This document shows positions 18,152-27,498 of a DNA stretch of 46,358 nt, piece after piece. Source of the DNA: a bacterium (lineage in GTDB: Bacteria > Electryoneota > Electryoneia > Electryoneales > Electryoneaceae); the NCBI GenBank assembly GCA_043801585.1, contig JAZDLX010000197.1:1-46358 (forward strand), given 5' to 3'. Numbering within the stretch: position 1 is the first letter of the stretch; every line of letters begins with the position of its first letter. The position numbers and the translations under genes are program-made. Below the pieces are notes generated by a model. That model was not told where the DNA came from. It saw nothing but the letters and a program-made list of their open reading frames with translations, and ran no database searches.

Positions 18152-19060
18152 ATGCGATGGTTTCAGGCTTGGTTGGTAATTTTCATTCTCCTGATTGGAG
18201 GTGAGTGCACCAACGGACAGCAGGCGTTTCCCGATTCAAGCGCGATCAATCGCAACCCATGGAATCTCTCGGCGGATGTCAACGTCGCTCAATCTCAAAG
18301 CGCCTACAGCCGAAACTGGGATGGCGAGGAAGAGGGGACGGTTGCATGGACTGTCTCGTTTAACGGCTCAGCGGAGAAACAGGTTCAGCCGAAAGTCAAC
18401 AGCCGGACGACGCTGAAGTTGGAATTTGGCCAGACTCAGACACAGGATCGACAGGAGGAGACGTGGTCCGGACCAGCAAAGTCCGTGGACAACATCGATC
18501 TGGAATCCGTGCTGCGTTACTCGGCGGGAATTCGCATCGATCCTTTTGTTGCCGCTCGTTTTCAAAGCCAATTCACCGATATCCGGGGTGGACGCGAGTA
18601 CAGCATCAATCCAGTGATCTTTACGGAAAGTGTTGGTTTAGCGAGATCGTTCTGGAAAAGAAAGGATCGTCACCTGATCGTCCGTTTCGGCGGAGCGGTC
18701 CGTCAACGGTATGATCGCAATTTTCTGCTCGACGATTCCACCGGCACTCGTGGGGCCAAGACCATCCATGATGCAGGCATTGAAACCGTGAGCGAACTGA
18801 CCACTCCGATGCTGAAGGAGCGGGTCCGTGCAAACGCTCGATTGACAGTCTACCAGGCGCTGTACAACTCCTACGCAGGCGAGCTCACGGGCAATGCGTG
18901 GAAAAGTGCGGATATCGATATCGAGGCGATCTTTACGACCCGCGTCACCCGGCTGATTGCGGTGAATCTGAACGTGCGCTGGCTCTACGACCAGGAAATC
19001 GACAAAGCCGGCCGGTTCAAGGAATTCTTGACATTGGGGGTCGCCTATTCGCTGCTCTGA
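18152..19060 (+). CDS. Outer-membrane beta-barrel protein (DUF3078/DUF481-like)
   Basis: Signal peptide; SQSAYSRNWDGEE; LYDQEID; C-terminal LTLGVAYSLL strand. Confidence 0.7.
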   Translation: MRWFQAWLVIFILLIGGECTNGQQAFPDSSAINRNPWNLSADVNVAQSQSAYSRNWDGEEEGTVAWTVSFNGSAEKQVQPKVNSRTTLKLEFGQTQTQDRQEETWSGPAKSVDNIDLESVLRYSAGIRIDPFVAARFQSQFTDIRGGREYSINPVIFTESVGLARSFWKRKDRHLIVRFGGAVRQRYDRNFLLDDSTGTRGAKTIHDAGIETVSELTTPMLKERVRANARLTVYQALYNSYAGELTGNAWKSADIDIEAIFTTRVTRLIAVNLNVRWLYDQEIDKAGRFKEFLTLGVAYSLL

Positions 19061-19130
19061 AGATTGTTCGGATTCGTCGTATGTTTCGACGAACCTGGCA
19101 ATACGATCTCTGGAAAGAGTCGTGGACGAA

Positions 19131-20201
19131 ATGATCCGAAAAATTATCCACGTTGACATGGACGCTTTTTACGCGTCCGTTGAGCAACGGGACAACCCGG
19201 AACTGCGGGGAAAACCCGTTGCCGTGGGATACGGCGGACCTCGCGGTGTGGTCGCCGCCGCCAGCTACGAAGCCCGCAGGTTCGGCGTGCATTCGGCGAT
19301 GCCATCGCTGACAGCGATTCGCCTCTGTCCTGATTTGATCTTCATTAAGCACCGATTCGACGTATACACGTCTGTCAGCCGGCAAATCAGGGAGATCTTT
19401 CTTCGGTACACCGATCTTGTCGAACCGCTTTCGCTTGACGAAGCTTACCTGGATGTCACCTGGAACAAAATCGGTCTTCCCAGTGCGACCCTGATCGCCA
19501 AGAAAATCAAGAAAGAAATCCTGGAAACGACACATCTGACCGCGAGCGCGGGCGTTTCCTACAACAAATTCCTTGCGAAAATGGCGAGCGGCGTGAACAA
19601 GCCCGATGGATTGACAGTGATCGTGCCGGAGGACGCCGCAGCGTTTCTCGCCTCACTTCCCATCGAGAAATTTTACGGCGTTGGTCCGGCGACCGCGGAG
19701 AAAATGCATCAACTGGGGATTCGCAACGGGACGGATCTGCTGAAAATCAGCGAGGAGGAATTAATCCGGTGGTTTGGAAAGGCGGGCAGCTATTATTACG
19801 AGGCCGCCCGAGGAATCGATCACCGGGAGGTGACACCCACGCGCGAACGGAAATCCCTCGGCGCGGAACGGACCTTCGAGCGGGATCTGATTACCGAAGA
19901 GGAGATGCTTCAACGTCTGGAACCGATCACCAGGGAGGTCGTCGAGGATCTGGAAAAGCGGAACTTGCACGGAAGAACAGTCACACTGAAAATCAAATAT
20001 GTCGATTTCGTCCAGAAAACCCGCAGCCAGAGTCCGGGAGGGGTTGTGGATGGATTCAAAGCTCTCTGGTCTATCGTTCGAAAACTCCTTCGGGAACCCG
20101 AATTGCCTCGCAAGCCGGTTCGTCTTCTCGGTGTGACGGTTTCCAATTTTACCCGACAGGAGACGGACGAGGATCTGGCGCAAATGACGCTGGACCTTTA
20201 A
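19131..20201 (+). CDS. dinB: DNA polymerase IV
   Basis: IIHVDMDAFYASVE, SYEARRFG, SLDEAYLD, KPDG, VRLLGV. Confidence 0.97.
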   Translation: MIRKIIHVDMDAFYASVEQRDNPELRGKPVAVGYGGPRGVVAAASYEARRFGVHSAMPSLTAIRLCPDLIFIKHRFDVYTSVSRQIREIFLRYTDLVEPLSLDEAYLDVTWNKIGLPSATLIAKKIKKEILETTHLTASAGVSYNKFLAKMASGVNKPDGLTVIVPEDAAAFLASLPIEKFYGVGPATAEKMHQLGIRNGTDLLKISEEELIRWFGKAGSYYYEAARGIDHREVTPTRERKSLGAERTFERDLITEEEMLQRLEPITREVVEDLEKRNLHGRTVTLKIKYVDFVQKTRSQSPGGVVDGFKALWSIVRKLLREPELPRKPVRLLGVTVSNFTRQETDEDLAQMTLDL

Positions 20202-20301
20202 GGAACATGTGCCTCATACGGTAACGGTCTGCTGAACATGGCAAATGCAAGGATCGCTTCGTTCCGTTAAGTCAAAGTTTTTCAGACTGATCCTAATGGT
20301 G

Positions 20302-20403
20302 AAATTAAAAAGGGGACACGTACCTTTTAATTTTACTGACCAAGGCATTTGCTGAATTGAGATGAAAGAGATAATTAAGAGGTACGTGTCCCCTTTTTAA
20401 TTT
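20302..20403. repeat. REP/MITE-like element: 31-bp inverted repeats around a 40-bp spacer
   Basis: AAATTAAAAAGGGGACACGTACCTTTTAATT (20302-20332) matches 20373-20403 as a reverse complement at 30/31. Confidence 0.8.
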
Positions 20404-20412
20404 GGAGAGGTT

Positions 20413-21063
20413 ATGCATCCTTCGATACGTCACCTGCTTTTCAGATACTGGTTACATCCTCGGGAGGTTGTTCGTGAGGGACTGGATCACTCCTCGCGGA
20501 CAAGGGAAGGAATTCTTGCCGTGCTTTATGGTCTGGCACTTATGATGAACCGTGCATCGGATAATTCCTGGGGGGAAATCCTTACACTGCCGGAAATTCT
20601 CTTGCGCGTGGTTGCCTACGGCATCCCGCTTGGACTATTTGTCGTCACCGCGGTCAGTGGAGCCATGCGCCTGGCGAGAAAAGTGGTGAATGGAACAGGC
20701 AGTTTCTGGGAGAACGTTACCGCGGTTGCTTTCGCCACGGTTCCCGCAACCGAAGCCCTGCTTATGATCCATATCACCATGACGATCTTTCTTGGCCGAG
20801 ACGCTTATGCGGCTTCTGGTACGAAAGAACTGTCCTATCTCCCACTGAATCCGGGTATTGTCGTTACCACCGCACTGCTGATCATCTTCGTGCCAATCAT
20901 TCTCCTTTTTATCCCGTGGACGATTGCCCTCACGGCGAAGAGTATCGGGGTGGCGAACCGTGTTGATGGATGGCGGGGACTTGGATTGGCAGTGACTGGA
21001 TTGCTGGGGATGATGCTTGTGGGTCTGGGTATTGAAGGTATCAAAAGGCTGTTCGGTATCTGA
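20413..21063 (+). CDS. Yip1-family membrane protein
   Basis: WLHPREV N-terminal motif, ~5 TM segments, GTGSF...VAFATVP; GGAGAGG RBS. Confidence 0.7.
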   Translation: MHPSIRHLLFRYWLHPREVVREGLDHSSRTREGILAVLYGLALMMNRASDNSWGEILTLPEILLRVVAYGIPLGLFVVTAVSGAMRLARKVVNGTGSFWENVTAVAFATVPATEALLMIHITMTIFLGRDAYAASGTKELSYLPLNPGIVVTTALLIIFVPIILLFIPWTIALTAKSIGVANRVDGWRGLGLAVTGLLGMMLVGLGIEGIKRLFGI

Positions 21064-21208
21064 TTCTGGAGCTGTTCGGCGATCGCTGGAGCTGTGTCTC
21101 CCATAGAAAATACACGGTTGGTCAAACTGTCTTGCCTCGCCCTTCACCCGCCCGTAGCTTGCCCACACATGTAAGTTCAGCGAAGTTGTCAACCGAGGGA
21201 GGTTTCCA

Positions 21209-21562
21209 ATGTCCGTACGTGACAAGTGGGAATACTATCGAGATAAGAAGAAGGAATGGCGGTGGACACGGACCGCGAACAACGGTGAAATTGTCGGCGC
21301 GGCAACCGAGGGATACGTACGGCGCATCGATTGTCTCAGGAACGCCTACCGCAACGGCTACGAAGGCGGTGACGGCAGCGGAACCCGTGACAAGTGGGAG
21401 ATTTACAAGGACAGGAAGAACGAATATCGCTGGCGCAGGTACGCCACCAACGGCAATGTCGTCGGCGCGTCCACAGAAGGGTACATCAACCGTGCGGATT
21501 GTGTCGCCAACATGAAGCGGCACAATTTCCCGGGTGAAAAAAACGCGCGGATGAAATCGTAG
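21209..21562 (+). CDS. YegP/DUF1508 tandem-repeat protein
   Basis: Two copies of DKWE.Y.D.K.E.RW...A.NG..VGA.TEGY..R.DC; GGGAGG RBS. Confidence 0.88.
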   Translation: MSVRDKWEYYRDKKKEWRWTRTANNGEIVGAATEGYVRRIDCLRNAYRNGYEGGDGSGTRDKWEIYKDRKNEYRWRRYATNGNVVGASTEGYINRADCVANMKRHNFPGEKNARMKS

Positions 21563-21584
21563 TTGAGTAAACGTAGGGCTTGAT

Positions 21585-21616
21585 AAACGCCGGCGGTCGC
21601 AAGATCACCGGCGTTT
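21585..21616 (+). terminator. Hairpin terminator after the yegP-like gene
   Basis: AAACGCCGGCGGTC-GCAA-GATCACCGGCGTTT. Confidence 0.55.
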
Positions 21617-21745
21617 CCATGTCGAGAAATCCCGGGACGCGGTGGTCCCGGGCTACATGTTTCCCGGCTGAACCCGTGAAAACATTTCTATCGATTCCAG
21701 CCTCAATGTATTCAGTTCGGTGTATGGCCTTTGCTGCCCGCCAGC

Positions 21746-22726
21746 CTATCCAACCGCGGACTTGTCGCCGGAGGTCAGGGCAAGTTCCATCGGAGTGACC
21801 AGTTTCCGTTTCAGCAGTTCCTCGAGGACACGTTCCGTCACTTCCGTCCGAAACGCGAATTCATAGCGATGGTCAAAAACGAAGGCATTCAGCTTGAGAT
21901 AGACCATGCTCCGGCTTTCGTGGACGACGTTCTTCACCGAGGTGCCGATTGGCTTGGACAGAAGAACATACCGGCTTGTTGCGGCGGCGAGATGGGTGAT
22001 GGTACGGACACGGTAGAAATTCACGGTCGGGGGGAGGTGGAATTCGATGGCCACCTGGCAGCCCCGTTCACCCATGTTGGCGTTGACCACCGATTGGTTG
22101 ACGACTTCCGCGTTGGGCACCGAAACAATCGAATTTTCCGGGGTCAGGATGCGGACAGTGCGGAGACCGATGTTGACGACTTCGCCGTAATGCTCCCCGA
22201 TTTCAACCTTGTCGCCCACCTGGAACGGGCGGTCGAAAAGGATCATGATTCCGCCGAAGATGTTCTTCAGGATATCCTGGCTGGCGAAACCGATGGCGAT
22301 GCCGGCGCTGGCGGTGAGGGCGACAAGGGTCTGGATCGGGGGCGCGAAAATGTGGGCGACGATAATGTACAGGATGATCGTCCAGGAGGAGATCCGGATC
22401 ACCGGAATCATTGCCTTGATCGCAAGCCGCCAGCTTGTCCGCCGTTCGGCAACGGTTTCCAGGATGCGTGTGGCAAAGCGCAACACGACGAACCCGGCAA
22501 AAAAGATTACAACCGCCAGCAGGACCTTCGAAAACGTGAACGACCAGGTTCCATCCCCCGTGGAAGGTTGATTGAGGTACTCGATGTAGGGAGTGTTCGG
22601 TTCGAAAGGAGTCCCAAGTGTGTCCGACGAAACCGGAGTTGTCTGGAGATTTTGAGCCAGTGCCGGGACCGCGGTGAGTGATACGGCGACGAGTACTATT
22701 CCGAAAATGAGGCGGTGTGTGGTCAT
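21746..22726 (-). CDS. Small-conductance mechanosensitive channel (MscS family)
   Basis: AIGFASQDILKNIFGG, DRPFQVGD, GEVVNIGLRT, SVPNA. Confidence 0.93.
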   Translation of the reverse strand: MTTHRLIFGIVLVAVSLTAVPALAQNLQTTPVSSDTLGTPFEPNTPYIEYLNQPSTGDGTWSFTFSKVLLAVVIFFAGFVVLRFATRILETVAERRTSWRLAIKAMIPVIRISSWTIILYIIVAHIFAPPIQTLVALTASAGIAIGFASQDILKNIFGGIMILFDRPFQVGDKVEIGEHYGEVVNIGLRTVRILTPENSIVSVPNAEVVNQSVVNANMGERGCQVAIEFHLPPTVNFYRVRTITHLAAATSRYVLLSKPIGTSVKNVVHESRSMVYLKLNAFVFDHRYEFAFRTEVTERVLEELLKRKLVTPMELALTSGDKSAVG

Positions 22727-25695
22727 TCCAGCATGCTCCTTTCCTTGAGCACCGCAACCACGGGCCTGAACAGGAAGGGGTGAATCCGGTACCCTCCTAC
22801 GGATTCTTCGAGGACGCCCGTGTTTCTCAATCGCAAGAGTTGAGCACGGCTGACCTCCTCGTCCTGATGAAAGACCCGTGAGTGCTGATTCGCGTCGAGG
22901 AATTCATGCACCGCGAATGCCTGCAGGGTGAACAGGTCATCCGGATGGAAACTTCGAACGAAAGAGGGATCGAAGCTGATGTCGGGGGAGAGCCGCAGCA
23001 CTCCACCGTCATTGCCACGGATCGAGTGAAGCCAGAAGAGAATGGCCACGGTGATGTTTCCTGCTGCGAAACGGGAAAGAGACGAAAAGAACGCCGAAAG
23101 CAGCAACCGCTGGCGGTCCTCTTCCGTGCGGAGTCGCCGGTAAGCCCGGCTTTGGGCAATTTTTTCGTTTGGTTCGAAACGTATTTTAAAGCCGCTGGCC
23201 CGGCTGCGACGCATCAGCGCCTGGGTGATTTCCTCGGTGCTCAGATCGTTGAGCTGCAACACCCACTGCACCTGCCCGCCGATGCCCATCACCTTGTCGA
23301 GAAAAGACCACGAATAGGTCGTACACGTCAGAATCCAGAAAATTTTCGAAGAGGTCCGGGCGATCAGCAGAAGGAATCGTTGCAATGCTTCGAATCCGTC
23401 GATGGTGCGCAGGAAGAGGTTGTGGACATCTTCGAACACGATTACCATCCGCTCCCCTTCAAGGAGTTCTTTTTCGATTCGATTGATCGTGTCCGCCTTC
23501 TTCAATTTCAGCGCACGGCCGAGGTGCTGGGCGAACAGACGTGGGTCTTCGATCGTCTGGTCAAGGTCGATCCAGCAGATTTTATCCTGCTTGAAGTACT
23601 TGAGCAGGGCAATTTTAACGAGGGTGGTCCGGCCGCTTCCACGTTCGCCGACAATGGCTGTTGAAGCGATGTGCCCACGTCTCCAAAGCTCCACCTGACG
23701 GTTCAACTCCGCTAATTCCTTCTCACGGGAGACGAAAAACCGCTCGTCATCGAGGGGGAACAGCCGGAAGATTCTTTGGTAGACAAGGGGGAGTGCCTGG
23801 ATCTGTTCGTGCGCTTCGGTGATCAGTTGGAGCAGGCGTGGATCGACGGAAGTGTTCGCCATTTCAAGGCCGGAAAGACGGCGGATGTCGATGTAAGCCC
23901 CCCGGATCCAACGAAAAATCTGCCCGAACACCCGGCCGATGTTTTTTCCCAGGGTGCTGAAACCGCGAGCCACAGTGGAGCCGCCGTGGGTCAACCCCAA
24001 GCGGGTTCTCGCCTTCATCACACTGGCCTGCACGGCAAACGCACGGTCGTTGTCGATCAATTCGCGAACGCCGCCCTGATACCGGCGCAACCGTGTTCCG
24101 ATAGCGTCTACGGTCGTTCGGCCGAGCTTGTTCAACTCCTCCTGCAGCTCATCAACCTGCGCCAGGGCGCGGCGGAATCCATTCGAGAGTTCCGTTCGTG
24201 CCTTGCTTACCGGCGCCGTGTCACGCTTGCGGCCGAGCAGGTTTGAGGAGGTGTCGAGGGCGAACTGGACTACCTGATCGATGTCGGAGATGCGGGACGA
24301 CATTTCCGATAACGACCCTGTCGTCAGTTGGGTGAAGCGGAACAGGCCTCTCTTGAGGATGTCGAAGAGATCGAGCGAAACGGTGTCTGCGAGAGGGATT
24401 TCCGCGAAACGGTAGCGGGGGATTGGCCGTCGGATATCCAGTTTCGTGAGGATATGGCGTATCGGGTTCATCGCGCTGATGGAATCACGAACCCTTTGCA
24501 GCACCTCGTCCGGCACCGCATCCAGTTTTGCTTCGAGCAGCCGGTCGGCAACAGTTGGCAACCGCTCCTGTCGCAACTCCTTCAGAATCGACCGCGCATC
24601 CCGGTTGAGAAATGAGCGAAACTCATCATAACTATCAAGTTGCCTGGCAGCTCTTTGAGCGTTCCGTAGCGCCTCACGCATCCGCTCGAATTCAGGAAGG
24701 GTATCCCGTTGAATCCTGTCAGGGATGGCCTTGGCAACCTCTTCGCCGACACGCCGAGAACGAACCTCGAGACGCAGTAAATCAAGGTCCTTGCCCCACT
24801 CGTCACCTTTCAACAGGAGCACCTGCACCCAGCGGTAGGTTGCCTTGCGAAAGGTATGGTTTCTCGCACTCAGTTCCTGGTGCCAGCGATGCGAACTCCA
24901 ACTGCGGTTTGGAACGATGCGGGTTCCAGCAAAGGTCCAGAGGAAGCATATCCGTTCGATGATACGGTCACCCGTGTCCTCCAGATCGGGTGTGGACGGC
25001 GTGAGTTGTTGGGCGATTTCAAGTATTTCCGAGGCGAGAGTTTCCGCATCGAACGGCGCCAGGGGTTCGATGCCCTGCTCGCTCTCGTCCTCTTCCGGCA
25101 GAAGCCGCCGCACTCGGTCCACGGTGGCGATGTGGGTGGGCCGGATCGCATCCGCACTTGCGCGCACCTCTTCGGTCCATTGTTCATGCAGTGTATCCAG
25201 TACGATCGTGCCGAGGTGCATGCGCAGGAAGGCATCAGGAGAGATGCGCCGGATGATCGGACCCCGTTTCGAACTTCTCAGCAGCATGCGCAGAGCGAAA
25301 CGGATCCGCCACAGGATCACCCGGAACGGATCGCCGTGCTGGATATGCCGGTATTCTTCAGGTTCAAGCGGCAATTCGAGCATCGGTGGGAGTTCGGCGG
25401 AAATGTGCTGATACCGGGTTTCCCAACGTTCGACTACTTTCTCAAGCTCGAGTTGCACGGGGAGTGCGGCAAATTCAGAACTCCAATGGAGAAGCCGGGT
25501 CAACAGGTTGTCGAGGGTCTCGGAGGCTGGAGGGTTGTTCTCGTGGGTTTCCGTAACCCAGGCGGCGAGATCGCCTTCCAGGCTTGCAAGCTGGTCTTCC
25601 AGCCAGGTTGCCCGACGGTCATGCTCATCCTGCAGTGTGTTCCGCAGGGAGGGTTCGAAAGCTAACTTCAGTGATTCGAAGGTGTAACGTCTCAC
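22723..25695 (-). CDS. Large helical protein with a C-terminal AAA/P-loop ATPase domain, translationally coupled to MscS
   Basis: FFVSREKEL, Walker A GERGSGRTT, Walker B VIVFEDVH, AGNI sensor; its stop overlaps the MscS start (ATGA). Confidence 0.8.
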   Translation of the reverse strand: MRRYTFESLKLAFEPSLRNTLQDEHDRRATWLEDQLASLEGDLAAWVTETHENNPPASETLDNLLTRLLHWSSEFAALPVQLELEKVVERWETRYQHISAELPPMLELPLEPEEYRHIQHGDPFRVILWRIRFALRMLLRSSKRGPIIRRISPDAFLRMHLGTIVLDTLHEQWTEEVRASADAIRPTHIATVDRVRRLLPEEDESEQGIEPLAPFDAETLASEILEIAQQLTPSTPDLEDTGDRIIERICFLWTFAGTRIVPNRSWSSHRWHQELSARNHTFRKATYRWVQVLLLKGDEWGKDLDLLRLEVRSRRVGEEVAKAIPDRIQRDTLPEFERMREALRNAQRAARQLDSYDEFRSFLNRDARSILKELRQERLPTVADRLLEAKLDAVPDEVLQRVRDSISAMNPIRHILTKLDIRRPIPRYRFAEIPLADTVSLDLFDILKRGLFRFTQLTTGSLSEMSSRISDIDQVVQFALDTSSNLLGRKRDTAPVSKARTELSNGFRRALAQVDELQEELNKLGRTTVDAIGTRLRRYQGGVRELIDNDRAFAVQASVMKARTRLGLTHGGSTVARGFSTLGKNIGRVFGQIFRWIRGAYIDIRRLSGLEMANTSVDPRLLQLITEAHEQIQALPLVYQRIFRLFPLDDERFFVSREKELAELNRQVELWRRGHIASTAIVGERGSGRTTLVKIALLKYFKQDKICWIDLDQTIEDPRLFAQHLGRALKLKKADTINRIEKELLEGERMVIVFEDVHNLFLRTIDGFEALQRFLLLIARTSSKIFWILTCTTYSWSFLDKVMGIGGQVQWVLQLNDLSTEEITQALMRRSRASGFKIRFEPNEKIAQSRAYRRLRTEEDRQRLLLSAFFSSLSRFAAGNITVAILFWLHSIRGNDGGVLRLSPDISFDPSFVRSFHPDDLFTLQAFAVHEFLDANQHSRVFHQDEEVSRAQLLRLRNTGVLEESVGGYRIHPFLFRPVVAVLKERSMLE

Positions 25696-26199
25696 GGTAG
25701 CGCTCCCCTGGCAGAGTCTTTACTGCATCCAGCGTCTGGAGCAGGTACGCGGGTGACACGGCATTCCGGAGCACGTCGAACAGGGCTTTTCGACAGACAT
25801 CGGCTGGTTTAACATAAACCGTCCACGCCCTATCCTCTCTTTAATTGTGCAGTATTTCTGATATTGAAGTTGCGCTCGTGGAGAAGCCCCTGAAATGAGA
25901 ATGAATCCACGAATCTGAATCGGGAAAGGTGAAATGTGTCTCATGAGCCGGATGACCAGTCCTTTCCAGACGGTTTTCAGGAAGTGCGACCACCAACGGA
26001 CAGTCCCGATCCAGGCAATTCTCGACCCAATGATCCGGAACTCTGCCGAAAAACAACCTGTTTTCGATGCTTTGTTCCGGTCCAGGTGAAGGGGTGTAAA
26101 GCTTGTGCATCAGCTAAATCATGACTACAATTAACAAGCCTTAACGCCGGGGGAAGAGCGTGGGCAGGAGTCCCCGTTCGGGGATTTGGTCTATCTGCC

Positions 26200-27402
26200 T
26201 TGAGGTCGGAGAAGCGCATGCACCTCATCAGTGTCGAAAATGTTGAACCCGGCGCCATTCTGGGCCATTCACTCTACAATGAGCGAATGGACCTGATGCT
26301 TGCCACAGGGTATAAACTCACCCCCGAAATCCTTCACCTGCTGATAGAAAAAGGTTTCACCTACATCTATGTCATGGACCAGGTGGCGGACGACATCATC
26401 CCCGAAGAGGTGATCAATACGACTCTCCGCCAGGCCGCCACCAAACGGGTCGGGGACGCCTTCGAACAGGTCAGGCAGAATCCCATCTTCCGTACAATTC
26501 GCCCGAGTGAACTTAAGAAACGGCTTGAAGAAGATCCGAAGCTGAAAGACCTGCTGAACATGTCTCAGTTCAGAACAGTGGCGGTGAATATCATCGAGGA
26601 AATTTTCGCGAAAAATATCCGCATGTTTTCAACGTTGCCACTGCGTTCGGACGATGGGTACGAAGTGCAGCATGCCATCGATACGGCTGTACTTTGCCTT
26701 CTGATCGGGCAGCACCTCGGGATGCTGGCGCCGGAGTCACGCTCCCTGGTCACGGCGGCCCTGCTTCATGATGTTGGCAAGTCAGTGATTGAGAAATACC
26801 TGAAATCCATGAAGGATCATACCCAGGCGGATATCGACGCCATTCGCAGGGAACATCCGACCTATTCGATGCTGCTGGTGAAAGGGAGCGACGAATCGAG
26901 TTTCAAGGAACAGGTCACCGTTCAACAACATCATGAGCAACTTGACGGAAAAGGCTATCCGGGGGGATTGAAAGCGGATGACCTTCCGCCGCTGAAAAAA
27001 TCTTCCGGTGAGGAAGGGCGCCAGATATTCCGCCACGCACAGATCCTCGCGGTGGCCAACCGGTATGACAATCTTGTTTCGGGAGCGTTCGACGACATCA
27101 AAAGGACGCCTGATAAAGCGTTGGAGATGATAGTGCTCGAAGCGGGCGAGATTTGGAATTCCTACGCTGTTCGGTCGCTTGTCGCGGTCGTACAGCTCTT
27201 TCCAATCGGATCCAGAGTGCGTGTGATGCAGACCGACACGCCTGATATCGCAGGATTTTACGGAGTTGTCATCGCGAACAATGAAGATTTTCCATCCAAA
27301 CCTGTTGTTATTTTGACGCACAACAGCATTCAGCAGCAGGTACAACCGATGAAGTTCGATTTCAAACTCGACCGTCGGATTAAAATGGAACTGGTTTTAT
27401 AG
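26200..27402 (+). CDS. HD-GYP domain protein (c-di-GMP phosphodiesterase-like)
   Basis: LLHDVGK, EHP, QHHEQLDGKGYP, FPIGSRV; true start probably ATG 26218. Confidence 0.88.
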   Translation: MRSEKRMHLISVENVEPGAILGHSLYNERMDLMLATGYKLTPEILHLLIEKGFTYIYVMDQVADDIIPEEVINTTLRQAATKRVGDAFEQVRQNPIFRTIRPSELKKRLEEDPKLKDLLNMSQFRTVAVNIIEEIFAKNIRMFSTLPLRSDDGYEVQHAIDTAVLCLLIGQHLGMLAPESRSLVTAALLHDVGKSVIEKYLKSMKDHTQADIDAIRREHPTYSMLLVKGSDESSFKEQVTVQQHHEQLDGKGYPGGLKADDLPPLKKSSGEEGRQIFRHAQILAVANRYDNLVSGAFDDIKRTPDKALEMIVLEAGEIWNSYAVRSLVAVVQLFPIGSRVRVMQTDTPDIAGFYGVVIANNEDFPSKPVVILTHNSIQQQVQPMKFDFKLDRRIKMELVL

Positions 27403-27498
27403 GCTGGTTTGGAAAGCAATGGTCGTAAACGAATTTCCACGGCTATCTTTGATCAACCGGTGCTCGCGGAACCAGGATTCATCCTATGGGACGGACGC

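Noticed and set aside
21731..22681. 316-aa plus-strand ORF
   Set aside because: Antisense shadow of mscS.
26025..26052. Possible sigma-28 promoter (GCCGAAAA) upstream of HD-GYP
   Set aside because: No acceptable TAAA -35 element at the right spacing.
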